Shown: positions 20,099 through 28,966 of the stretch, piece after piece
How positions within the stretch are numbered: position 1 is the stretch's first letter
Layout: each line of letters starts with the position of its first letter
Assembly (NCBI GenBank): GCA_039808065.1
Contig: JBDHSJ010000001.1
Coordinates: 417-64,416, forward strand
Origin: Burkholderiaceae bacterium
GTDB taxonomy: Bacteria; Pseudomonadota; Gammaproteobacteria; Burkholderiales; Burkholderiaceae_C
Direction of reading: 5' to 3'
DNA length: 64,000 bases
The notes under the pieces: generated by a model
Told to the model about the DNA's origin: nothing
What the model saw: the letters and a program-made list of their open reading frames with translations, nothing else
Database searches by the model: none
Translations under genes and position numbers: made by a program

Positions 20099-21591
20099 GA
20101 CTTCCCCCTTAGCTGCGCCAGGGCCTGCTTGAATTCATGCCAGTAGCGGCGATCGAGCAGGTGCAGCGCCATCAAGTAGATCGCCGCCCCGAAACCCACA
20201 TGCGCAAGCAGCATCAATCCGCTGCGCTCGGTCCACCGCAGCTCGCGCAGGCCCCAGGTGCCGAGCCAGAACAGGGCCGAAGCCAGTGCCGGTGCCGCGA
20301 GGGTGTCGCGCAGCGCCTGCCAGCCCAGGCCAATCAGGCCGAAGGCGGCACGCAGGCTCAGCAGGGAGTAGAGCGAACTCAGTGCCACGCCCGCTGCGAC
20401 TGCGCCGATTCCCATCGGCATGGTCAGTAGCACCGCGAGGATGAGTAGCAGGGTGGCGACGACGTTGTAGCGCAGTGCCAGGCCGACCCGATTGCTGGCG
20501 TTGAACAGGGGTGAGGCAATGGCAGTGCTGGCGCGTAGCGCTGCGCTCAAGCCGAACAGGGACATAACCGGCACCATGGCCAGCCACTGCGACCCGTACA
20601 GCACCGACACGAGCTCCCGGGCATTGGCCGAGACCCCGACTCCGATGGGAATGACGATTGCCGCCAGCAGCCGTGCTGAACGCAGCACCATGGACCTGAA
20701 GCGCTCCGGTTCACCCTGCACCGCCGAGAAGGCTGGGAATAGCACATGCTGGATCGGCATGGCGATGCGGGCACGAATCTCGTCGGTCAGGGAGCGGGCG
20801 TTCTGGTAGTAGCCCAATGCCGTGGCACCGAGGCCGCGACCGATCAGCAACACATCCAGATTGGTGTTGATGTAGTAAAGCGCCGTGTTGCCGAAGTAGC
20901 CGCCGCTGGTTCGCCAGGTGCCTCGCAGAAAGCTCCCCTGAAAGCGCAGCCGGGGGCGATAGGGGACGCACAGAAAGCACAGCAGCGCATTGGCAAGCGC
21001 CCCGATGAGTGCGCCGACAACCAGGCTCCACACCCCCAGTCCGAAGAAGCCCGCCAGTACCGCCGCCAGGATGCGAATGGTGACTGTGCAGATGTTGATC
21101 ACGAATTCGGTGCGGAAGCGAAGCAGGCGGCTGAGCACCACCCAGGGCACGGCATTCAGACTGTTGAGTACGAAACACAGGCAGAGCGCTCGCAGCAGGG
21201 GCGCAACTTCAGGGGCCGGAAACAGAAGGTGCGAACCCAATGACAGCAGGGCAACCACCAGGGCCAACAGGCCGCCCACGCCCAGGGTGGCCCAGAACAC
21301 GGTGTCGAGTTGCAGACGCGAGATGCGCCGGCGCTGGATCAGTACATTGGTGAAGCCGAAAGCACCGAACAGAGCGGCGAACTCGGTCACCACGGTGGCC
21401 ATCGCAATGAACCCGAAATCTGCCGGCTTGAGCAGGCGAGCCAGAATGGCCGTGGAGCCCAGAGTGAGCAGCGTGCGCAGCAGGATGCCAAGGAACTGGA
21501 AACTGGCTCCCGTGGCCACCCGGCGCCCCAATGAGCGGGTGTTGAGGCTCAGCGCTTGCTGAACCAATGTGCGCGCGCGCACCGCGCTCAC
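20095..21591 (-). CDS. wzx: Wzx/PST-family polysaccharide flippase
   Basis: ILARLLKPADFG, LGATALGYYQ, many TM helices; GTG 21591 overlaps the GT2 stop. Confidence 0.88.
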   Translation of the reverse strand: MSAVRARTLVQQALSLNTRSLGRRVATGASFQFLGILLRTLLTLGSTAILARLLKPADFGFIAMATVVTEFAALFGAFGFTNVLIQRRRISRLQLDTVFWATLGVGGLLALVVALLSLGSHLLFPAPEVAPLLRALCLCFVLNSLNAVPWVVLSRLLRFRTEFVINICTVTIRILAAVLAGFFGLGVWSLVVGALIGALANALLCFLCVPYRPRLRFQGSFLRGTWRTSGGYFGNTALYYINTNLDVLLIGRGLGATALGYYQNARSLTDEIRARIAMPIQHVLFPAFSAVQGEPERFRSMVLRSARLLAAIVIPIGVGVSANARELVSVLYGSQWLAMVPVMSLFGLSAALRASTAIASPLFNASNRVGLALRYNVVATLLLILAVLLTMPMGIGAVAAGVALSSLYSLLSLRAAFGLIGLGWQALRDTLAAPALASALFWLGTWGLRELRWTERSGLMLLAHVGFGAAIYLMALHLLDRRYWHEFKQALAQLRGKS

Positions 21592-22553
21592 GCCTTTCCC
21601 CCGCCGATGCGGGAAAGCAGGGACTTGATACCCACCCACCAGGCCAGACGCTGCCACGGCCAGTGCTGCAGCGACAGCCGAGCCGAATGACGGGCCAAGT
21701 CCAGCTGACCCGCCAAGAGCTGCGCGCCGGCAAAGTCAGCCCAACTTCTGGCCAATGTGCGCTGGATTGCGCCGCCTGGCGCCCGGCGACCATCCGGGCC
21801 CTCAAGTCCCCAGCGCGCTAAGGCCCGTTCGATCACTTCGGCCTTGTAATTGCGCTTGGGCAGGGCGCGCGTCGTGCTCTGGGGGTGCAGGCGGTACAGC
21901 GCCAGCGGTTGCTGCACGCGCACGATCGGCGTCACGCGCGAGGCGCGCAGCCAGAGGTCGTAGTCCTCGCCCACCGGCACTCCGGGTTCGAAACCCCCCA
22001 ACTCCAACAGCAGGCGACGCTCGGCCAGCACCGTCGAAGTCCAGACGCAGCAGCCCTGCAGCAGGTCCGGATAGATCCACCCCGAGGGTCCGCAAGGGTG
22101 GGCCGTCGCCGCCGGCTCGCGCCGCACGGCCTCCAGCAGTTGCTGCGGTGGGGTTGGCTCCTGGCTCGCCCAAGTGTCCCAGCCGGCGTAGCACAGGCGA
22201 GCCAAGGGCTGCTGCTGCAGAAGCGCCCGCTGCGCACTCAGCTTGCCTGGCAGCCAAATGTCATCCGCATCGAGGAACGCAATCCACGCATGGCGGGCCT
22301 CTTGCACACCGCGGTTGCGTGCCACGGCAACGCCCTGATTGCTCTGTCGGATCAGGCAGACCTGCGGGTACGCGTGTTCAACAAAATCGGCCGAGCCATC
22401 GGCCGAGCCATCATCGACGACGATGATCTCCAATTGGGCATCCTGCTGGGCCAGCACGGAGTCCAGCGTCGCAGCGATGTAGCGTCTGGCGTTGAAGCAG
22501 GGAATGACGACCGTGATACCAGACGGGCTGGCGCGGGGACTGTCGGTCCTCAT
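21588..22553 (-). CDS. GT2 glycosyltransferase
   Basis: VVIPCFN, VDDGSADGS, FLDADD, GEDYDLWLR; ATG 22553 overlaps the upstream stop. Confidence 0.9.
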   Translation of the reverse strand: MRTDSPRASPSGITVVIPCFNARRYIAATLDSVLAQQDAQLEIIVVDDGSADGSADFVEHAYPQVCLIRQSNQGVAVARNRGVQEARHAWIAFLDADDIWLPGKLSAQRALLQQQPLARLCYAGWDTWASQEPTPPQQLLEAVRREPAATAHPCGPSGWIYPDLLQGCCVWTSTVLAERRLLLELGGFEPGVPVGEDYDLWLRASRVTPIVRVQQPLALYRLHPQSTTRALPKRNYKAEVIERALARWGLEGPDGRRAPGGAIQRTLARSWADFAGAQLLAGQLDLARHSARLSLQHWPWQRLAWWVGIKSLLSRIGGGKA

Positions 22554-23203
22554 TCGGTCGGGTCCCGCCAGTGGCCAGCGGCCTTCAGCCGCTCCTTCAG
22601 CTCGGTCTTCGGCCAACCCAAGGCCAGCGCCTGATGGGCATGTTGCAGCGCTTTATCAGCGGCACCCATTTCGAGATAGACGAGCCCGAGGTTGTAGTGA
22701 CTGATCGGGTTGTCCTTGGCGTGGCCAGCGGCGACGTCCAGTTGCCTCAGTGCCTCCGGCCTGCGCTGCTTGCGGTCCAGAAACTGCGCGTACAGCATGC
22801 GCGCAACCGTGTCGTCGGGGCGAAAGCGCACGGCACGGTCGAAGTAGCACTCCACAGTGCGTGAGGCGCCGGGCGGGGGATCACTCTTGTGCCGCTCAGC
22901 CAGGCGCGAAAAGGTGATGAGCGCGCGGTGATGGTTCGGGAACACATGCAGGGTGTACGCCACATCTTGGGCCATATTGCCCATGGTCGTGGTGCCCGGC
23001 TTGACCATCATTTCGATGCCTTGGGTGAAGTGCACCCTTTCGACCACAAGCCTGGTTTCGTTGGAGGCCGAGCGGTAGTCGTAGGGGCCGTAGTGATTGC
23101 GGAAGGGGTTGCCGCACGGGTGCTGAGTTGCATCGCCACTTTCCACCGCCATCACGGCGGTATTGAGCATGGTGAATGCGATCAGGAGCGTCCAGTGTTT
23201 CAT
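22550..23203 (-). CDS. Secreted protein with C-terminal TPR repeats
   Basis: Signal peptide MKHWTLLIAFTMLNTAVMA after an AAGGA SD; TPR-like SHYNLGLVYLEMG..ALQHAHQALALG. Confidence 0.72.
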   Translation of the reverse strand: MKHWTLLIAFTMLNTAVMAVESGDATQHPCGNPFRNHYGPYDYRSASNETRLVVERVHFTQGIEMMVKPGTTTMGNMAQDVAYTLHVFPNHHRALITFSRLAERHKSDPPPGASRTVECYFDRAVRFRPDDTVARMLYAQFLDRKQRRPEALRQLDVAAGHAKDNPISHYNLGLVYLEMGAADKALQHAHQALALGWPKTELKERLKAAGHWRDPTE

Positions 23204-23331
23204 GGGAATTCCTTGTTTGACTGAACGGTGCTTCAAATGGCGCTCACAGGTGGCAGGCATCATTGAAGCTGAACAAGAAAGTGCGGCTTCCGCGCTCAGA
23301 GAACTGGTAAGGGTGCACATCTGCCTTCCTG

Positions 23332-25293
23332 CTATTGGCCACGAGGAAGGAGCTTGGCTAGGCCGCGGCGTACGGTTGCGCTGAGCATTTGGAGTGACGC
23401 ACACCAAAACGGCTTGGGATCGCCGTGGCCGGCATAGCAAAAGTACTGATGCGCGCGGCGCGGTCGCAAGCTTCGGCTACGCCAAGCCAGCCCTAGGTAG
23501 GCGAGCGGTGCGCGTTCACTGTCATACCAAACGCAGGCCCGCAGCGGCTGACCAGCCTGCGGCCCGCTCCCAAGGGCCAACGCAAATTCTTGCAGCGGCT
23601 GATTGAAGCCGGCACCGATGCAAAGCCCTGCCCAGAAGTCAGTGCGCCCGAGTGTCGGCTCGATGACCCAGAAGCTGCCATCTGGTGCTTGTTTGAGTTC
23701 CAGCGATACGGGGCCAGAGAGACTGAGGCCGTCAAAGAAGCGCTCGGTTGCCACCAGCACCTCTGGTGCGTGCACCGTTTCAGCGATGATGGTTTGGCCG
23801 CGCGCTGGTGGATAAGAGGCGAGCTTGCGGCCGGTCAGGGATTGCACCACCCGGCCCTTGTCCAGGGTCAACGCACCGAAGTAGATGCATTCGTCGCCGC
23901 CTTCGATGTACTCCTGGCCGAGGATGGGAAGGTCCGCTTGGTAGCGGTCCAGCAAACGCTTCAGCTCAGCCGCGTCGCGTGCCATGTGGGTCTTGAACGA
24001 CGACAGGGGCCGCACCGGCTTGATGATCATTGGAAACCGGAAGCCTGAGGCGAGTCCGGCGTCGTCTGGACGGACAAAGACTTGGCTTCGCGGGTAGTTC
24101 AAACCTTGGGCCCGGCAGCGAGCTTCCAGTTGGTCTTTTCGCTGCAAGTGCAGCACCGTGGCAGCTTGCTCTGACCAGGCAATGCGGAAGGCGGGCTTGA
24201 GCTTCGCGTGCATGCTGGCCAGTGCCTCGACTTGACGGTCGTTGATGGCCAGCAGAACGACTTCGTCATGAGCGGCAAGCTTGGCCCGAATGCGTGGAAG
24301 TTCCTGCTCGAGGTGTGAGGCTTCGTAACTGTTGACCGGGAACCAGCCGCGCAAGTAGCGGCTCTGCAGGCCGGGGTTGTGCAGGTCCTTTTCTACCGCG
24401 TAAGTGGCCACGCCTGACTGGGCGAGCGCCCGGACCACGGCCAACCCGTGACTATCGACCCCAAGAACCAGCGCGGCAGGTGATCGTGGCGCAGGGTGAC
24501 GGTTCACTCGCTCAGTTTGCAGCGGTACAACCTCCGCCAGCAGGCCTGAGTCTCGAGGCTGCGCTTCTTGAGCAGGCGGCGCGAGTTCCATAGATGGTGC
24601 CCCTTGTTCGAATGGAGTCGTCAGGCGCAGCGCTGGCCGGCCGATCTGCCCAAGGGCCAGACTCGGCCGCCCCAAATGCCAGCCGAACTGAACCGGCCCG
24701 AGCCTAAGAAAGTAGGCAGACCCGATGCGCCGCGCGCCCATGCGGGTGTGGGCGGTGATTGAGCCGCGATTGAAGAGCGAGATGCGAGAAAGCGACCAGC
24801 GGAAGCCCTGCCGGGTTAAATCTTCATCGACGGCACGCCACATCCGAGCGAAAGTGCGCCCCAGCCTCCAACGCGGAGCCACATAGACATCGAAATCCCA
24901 AACGCTGTCAAAAGGGATCAAGTAATCGCAGGCCACCTCGTCCTCGGCATGGCGTACTGTGCTGATCCAGATGCACCCTGCGAATTCTTCTTTTACCGTG
25001 GTGACATAGCAGTGCGCTCCTTCACGCCAGCGCTCAGCCAGAACCTCGGGCGCGCGGGGCCAGGCCTGGCGAGCGATTTCTGCTGCCAAACTTTGGTGCG
25101 TCGTGGTATTCGGATCCGGTTTCACCACCGATAGCCCGCCGGTGCCCAGTGGCTGCGCGAACAGGCCGTAGGGAACCAGCGCAGCATGTCCACCACTCAA
25201 CCGTTGCAATGCCCGGTGCAGCAGCAGCAGTCCAGTAAGCATGGTTCCAAGTTCAAGCCGCACGCGATTCCAGCGTTCCAGCCAGGCCATCAT
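23332..25293 (-). CDS. GNAT-like acyltransferase fused to an ATP-grasp (carboxylate-amine / D-aspartate-ligase-like) domain
   Basis: N-terminus: DFDVYVAPRWRLG...NRGSITAHTRMG; C-terminus: GLAVVRALAQSG, FPMIIKP, QEYIEG, SLELK...VIEP. Confidence 0.72.
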   Translation of the reverse strand: MMAWLERWNRVRLELGTMLTGLLLLHRALQRLSGGHAALVPYGLFAQPLGTGGLSVVKPDPNTTTHQSLAAEIARQAWPRAPEVLAERWREGAHCYVTTVKEEFAGCIWISTVRHAEDEVACDYLIPFDSVWDFDVYVAPRWRLGRTFARMWRAVDEDLTRQGFRWSLSRISLFNRGSITAHTRMGARRIGSAYFLRLGPVQFGWHLGRPSLALGQIGRPALRLTTPFEQGAPSMELAPPAQEAQPRDSGLLAEVVPLQTERVNRHPAPRSPAALVLGVDSHGLAVVRALAQSGVATYAVEKDLHNPGLQSRYLRGWFPVNSYEASHLEQELPRIRAKLAAHDEVVLLAINDRQVEALASMHAKLKPAFRIAWSEQAATVLHLQRKDQLEARCRAQGLNYPRSQVFVRPDDAGLASGFRFPMIIKPVRPLSSFKTHMARDAAELKRLLDRYQADLPILGQEYIEGGDECIYFGALTLDKGRVVQSLTGRKLASYPPARGQTIIAETVHAPEVLVATERFFDGLSLSGPVSLELKQAPDGSFWVIEPTLGRTDFWAGLCIGAGFNQPLQEFALALGSGPQAGQPLRACVWYDSERAPLAYLGLAWRSRSLRPRRAHQYFCYAGHGDPKPFWCASLQMLSATVRRGLAKLLPRGQ

Positions 25294-26132
25294 TGCGGCG
25301 CCTCGTCGAAGCTCTGGCGCAGCCAGTCAATCAACCCGTCAAACGAGGCCTTTTGCTCATCCCTGAGCGAAAACGTGTGGTCGGCACCCGGATAGCGCTG
25401 GACGGTCAGGCGTGGGCGGTCGGCCCAGCCGCGCCACTCGGGAAAGACTTCACCTGCAGCTTCGAACTCGCGAGCCGTGTGGTCCCGGCCGCTCAATTGC
25501 AGCAGGATCGGGCCGGCAAAGCCCGCGTAGCCGCGGGCCATGCGAAGTTGGAACGCTTCGGCCTCAGTCGGGACAGCGTTCTGGCGTGCAGCTTTGCGGG
25601 TCTGCAGCCACTCCATGAGGGCTGCCAGGCCAACGCCTCCGCGCAGCAGCTTGGCCCAGAAGTCCCGGCTGCGCAGGCGATCGAGGTAATAGTGCTGCAC
25701 CCGTGCGCGGGCCTGGCCTTGCGCAGAGCGGACCCAGGGATTCAGGAGGGCTAACCCCTTCAGCATGGGGTCGCCACTTTGGGCGTACAGAAGGGCAGCG
25801 CTGGCACCGTCGCAAAGGCCCCAAAGCACGATCGCTTGAAGCTGGGGCTGGGCTCGGCGCAGGGCCTTGATGGCGATGTCAATGTCGGTGTCCAGCGCCC
25901 GGAAGTCCGGCAGCGGTCCAGGGCAGTCGCCCACTCCGTGGTGATCGAAGCGCAGGCAGGCGTAGCCAGCGTCAGCGAGGTGGCGGCCGAGTTGGACGAA
26001 GTGGCGATGCGAGCCCGCGCGGTACTGCGGGCCGCCAACGACCACCACCACGGCCACTTGGGCAGGGCGGTGGGGCAGGTCCAGCAGGCCAAAGGACGAG
26101 GCTCCAAACGTCAGCAGCTGGGGCCTGCTCAT
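25290..26132 (-). CDS. Alpha/beta hydrolase 1, exosortase A system-associated (TIGR03100-like)
   Basis: VGGPQYRAGSHR, LWGLCDGASA, LLNPWVR, GADHTFS; ATGA coupling at both ends. Confidence 0.88.
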   Translation of the reverse strand: MSRPQLLTFGASSFGLLDLPHRPAQVAVVVVVGGPQYRAGSHRHFVQLGRHLADAGYACLRFDHHGVGDCPGPLPDFRALDTDIDIAIKALRRAQPQLQAIVLWGLCDGASAALLYAQSGDPMLKGLALLNPWVRSAQGQARARVQHYYLDRLRSRDFWAKLLRGGVGLAALMEWLQTRKAARQNAVPTEAEAFQLRMARGYAGFAGPILLQLSGRDHTAREFEAAGEVFPEWRGWADRPRLTVQRYPGADHTFSLRDEQKASFDGLIDWLRQSFDEAPQ

Positions 26133-26941
26133 GCTGCAGCTCCTTGCGCAGGCCAGCGCTCGTTCAGCCAGCACAGACTGGCCTCGACCAGGGCCGGGCA
26201 GTCCTCAAGTTCCGTGGCATTCCAGGGAGCGGGGCTCTCCAGGGCCAAAGCCTTGATCGCTGGCGGCGCCTTCTGCTGTAGCCACTGCTGGCTGCCAGGC
26301 AGCAACTGGGGCGGCTGCTGGCTGCTGGCCTCCAGCCAGAGGGCAGGGTGCTCGGGGGGGTGCAGGGTTGCAGCCTCGATACCCGCGGCAAGCTCCGGCG
26401 CCAGCAAGTAGCCCGCCACCTCGACAGCATGGCCAGCGGCCAACTCTGCCTTCAGCGCGGCAACCGAAATGCGTTCAGCGCTGTCGAGCTCCGCCGCCAT
26501 GCGGAGGCGCAGAAATTGCTGCAACACGGCGCGACCCTGGGGGCTGGGTTGCCACCAAAGTTGGGCCTCGACATGGGGCGCGAGTGTTGATGCCAGAAGG
26601 CAGCCGGCCCGAACTCCCCAGGCCAGCCGCGGCACACCGCGGAACTCTTGATCCAGCAGTCCCACCCCTAGCTGCTCGAAGTCCTGCAGCCAAGCGGTCC
26701 AGCTGGCGTCGCTGAAATCGCCGGCGCTGTCGCCGCAGCCCAAGGGGTCGATCTGTAGCACCGCAAACCCCGCCTCCGCAAATGCGTGTGCGGCTTGGCA
26801 GAGCGCGCGGCGGGTCTTGTTCAGTTCCTCGGCAAAGGGCGGCAGCAGCAGCAGGGCGGCGCGCACCTTCTGGCTTGGGCGATAAAGCAGGGCGAAACGG
26901 TGCTGCCCGCCACGCTCCAGCAACAGAGGCTGAGCAGACAC
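26129..26941 (-). CDS. Alpha/beta hydrolase 2, exosortase A system-associated (TIGR03101-like)
   Basis: PPFAEELNKTRR, GCGDSAGDF, WGVRAG, WQP, VEVAGY. Confidence 0.88.
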   Translation of the reverse strand: MSAQPLLLERGGQHRFALLYRPSQKVRAALLLLPPFAEELNKTRRALCQAAHAFAEAGFAVLQIDPLGCGDSAGDFSDASWTAWLQDFEQLGVGLLDQEFRGVPRLAWGVRAGCLLASTLAPHVEAQLWWQPSPQGRAVLQQFLRLRMAAELDSAERISVAALKAELAAGHAVEVAGYLLAPELAAGIEAATLHPPEHPALWLEASSQQPPQLLPGSQQWLQQKAPPAIKALALESPAPWNATELEDCPALVEASLCWLNERWPAQGAAA

Positions 26942-26942
26942 G

Positions 26943-27197
26943 TCAACCCAGCTTGCTGCGTAGGAAATCCGTTAGCGAGCCCACCGTTGCGAACACATCG
27001 CCGCCAATTTCATCGTCGTCGATGCTGATGCCCAATTGCTCCTCCATGGCAGTGATGAGGGAGACCACTGCCATGGAGTCCAATTCAGGAACAGCCCCAA
27101 GCAGCGCGGTTTCACGCTGGAACGACTGAGCGCGGCCGGCCAGGCTCAAAACATCATCGAGAAGGCGCAGGACTTGGGCCTGAAGGTCAGCGGGCAT
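26943..27197 (-). CDS. Acyl carrier protein
   Basis: 84 aa, acidic, PELDSMAV phosphopantetheine-Ser motif, FATVGSL. Confidence 0.88.
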   Translation of the reverse strand: MPADLQAQVLRLLDDVLSLAGRAQSFQRETALLGAVPELDSMAVVSLITAMEEQLGISIDDDEIGGDVFATVGSLTDFLRSKLG

Positions 27198-27294
27198 GGT
27201 GCAATCAAAGGAGAGGACGGGTCGGCACGCCCTGGAATGGCGTGTCAAAGGCAGAGGCGAAATCTTACGTGTGCAAGCCCCCGCGCCCTCGGGG

Positions 27295-27309
27295 TGGCCC
27301 CCATCTTGC
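27295..27309 (+). promoter_or_regulatory. Possible sigma54 -24/-12 element upstream of the AMP-ligase
   Basis: TGGC-CCCCATC-TTGC (TGGC-N7-TTGC), 50 nt upstream of ATG 27359; a TACATT sigma70-like -10 also lies at about 27324. Confidence 0.3.
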
Positions 27310-27358
27310 GGGGGGCGCTGCGCTACATTGGCGACGCCCAGTCACCCCCTCGTTACCG

Positions 27359-28966
27359 ATGTCGACCCGCGAAGCTCACCTGCTGCATGACCTGATCGAA
27401 CGCAGCGCCGCGCGTACGCCCGAAAGCGCTGCGCTCGGCTACCGGGGGGTAGAGCTGAGTTACGCCGAGCTCTGGACCCAGGTCCAGGGCTTTGCCCATG
27501 CCTTGTTGGATCTCGGCCTGCAGCGTGGCGACCGGGTGGGCATTTACCTCGAAAAGCGTTTCGAGACGGTCGTGGCCAGCTTCGGCGCGCCCGCGGCGGG
27601 CGGCGTTTTCGTGCCCATGAACCCCTTGCTCAAGCCCGAGCAGGTTGGCTTCATTGCCCGCGATTGCGGTGTGCGGGTGCTGGTGACATCTGGCGATCGC
27701 TACCTCCAACTGCTGCCCGTGCTGGCCGAGTGCCCGGAGCTGCGCGCGGTGATCCTGACGGAAGGCGCCGCGGAGCAATCCGCCCAGCCCTGGGCCGTGC
27801 TGGACTGGACGCAAGCCTTGCAGTCCGGGGCGCGCAGGCCGCATCGTGTCGTGGACAGCGATGTGCTGTCCATCCTTTACACCAGCGGCAGCACCGGCCG
27901 GCCCAAGGGCGTGGTGCTGAGCCACCGCAATATGGTGGCCGGGGCCAAATCCGTGGCCAGCTACTTGGGCAACCACGCGGGCGACAGCTTGCTGGCAGCC
28001 TTGCCCCTTTCGTTCGATGCCGGCTTCAGCCAGCTCACCACCGCGTTCCACGCAGGCGCCCGCGTCGTGCTGCTGAACTACCTGCTGCCACGCGACGTGC
28101 TGCGGGCGCTGGAGAAGGAGCGCATCACCGGCCTGACCGCCGTGCCCCCGCTCTACATTCAGCTCACGCAGCTGGAGTGGCCGGCGGCAGTGAATGAGCA
28201 CCTGCGCTACTTCGCCAACACCGGCGGACGCATGCCGCGCGAGACCCTGCAGGCTCTGCGCCAGCGGGTTCCTGCCGCCAAGCCCTTCCTGATGTACGGC
28301 CTCACCGAGGCCTTCCGTTCCACCTACCTGCCGCCCGAGGAAGTCGATCGCCGTCCGGATTCGATCGGCAAGGCGATTCCGAACGCCGAGATCCTGGTGC
28401 TGCGCGAGGACGGCAGCGAGTGTGGTCCGGACGAGCCGGGCGAGCTGGTGCACCGAGGCGCGCTGGTGGGCATGGGCTACTGGGGTGACCCGGAAAAGAC
28501 CGCCGAGCGCTACAAGCTGCTGCCGCCCTCGACGGCGGCCCGGCTGTCCGGCCTCCAACTGCCGGAGTACGCGGTGTTCAGTGGCGACACCGTGCGCAAG
28601 GACGCCGACGGCTTTCTGTACTTCATCGGCCGGCGCGACGAGATGATCAAGACCAGCGGCTACCGCGTCAGCCCTACCGAGGTGGAGGAGGTGCTGTACG
28701 CGACCCAGCTGGTGGGCGAATGCGCGGCCTTTGGCGTGGATCACCCGCAGCTGGGCCAGGCCATCTACGTGATCGCCACGCCGCCGGCGGGGCAGGAGCA
28801 CATCGACCAGGCGGCCTTGCTGGCGCAATGCCGCCAGCAGATGCCGGCCTACATGGTGCCCGCCACCATCGAGGAGCGCGCCGGCCCGCTGCCACGCAAT
28901 CCGAACGGCAAGATTGACCGGAGCAGCCTGGCCAAGGCCCTCCACGAGCCCAAGGGCAACGCATGA
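27359..28966 (+). CDS. Acyl-CoA ligase-like AMP-forming enzyme, exosortase A-associated (TIGR03098-like)
   Basis: YTSGSTGRPKG, YGLTEAFRS, SGD, GRRDEMIKTSGYRVSPTEVE, PRNPNGKIDR. Confidence 0.9.
   Translation: MSTREAHLLHDLIERSAARTPESAALGYRGVELSYAELWTQVQGFAHALLDLGLQRGDRVGIYLEKRFETVVASFGAPAAGGVFVPMNPLLKPEQVGFIARDCGVRVLVTSGDRYLQLLPVLAECPELRAVILTEGAAEQSAQPWAVLDWTQALQSGARRPHRVVDSDVLSILYTSGSTGRPKGVVLSHRNMVAGAKSVASYLGNHAGDSLLAALPLSFDAGFSQLTTAFHAGARVVLLNYLLPRDVLRALEKERITGLTAVPPLYIQLTQLEWPAAVNEHLRYFANTGGRMPRETLQALRQRVPAAKPFLMYGLTEAFRSTYLPPEEVDRRPDSIGKAIPNAEILVLREDGSECGPDEPGELVHRGALVGMGYWGDPEKTAERYKLLPPSTAARLSGLQLPEYAVFSGDTVRKDADGFLYFIGRRDEMIKTSGYRVSPTEVEEVLYATQLVGECAAFGVDHPQLGQAIYVIATPPAGQEHIDQAALLAQCRQQMPAYMVPATIEERAGPLPRNPNGKIDRSSLAKALHEPKGNA

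Noticed and set aside
22389-22412. 12-bp tandem repeat GGCCGAGCCATC x2
   Set aside because: Encodes the normal GT2 DDGSxDGS motif.
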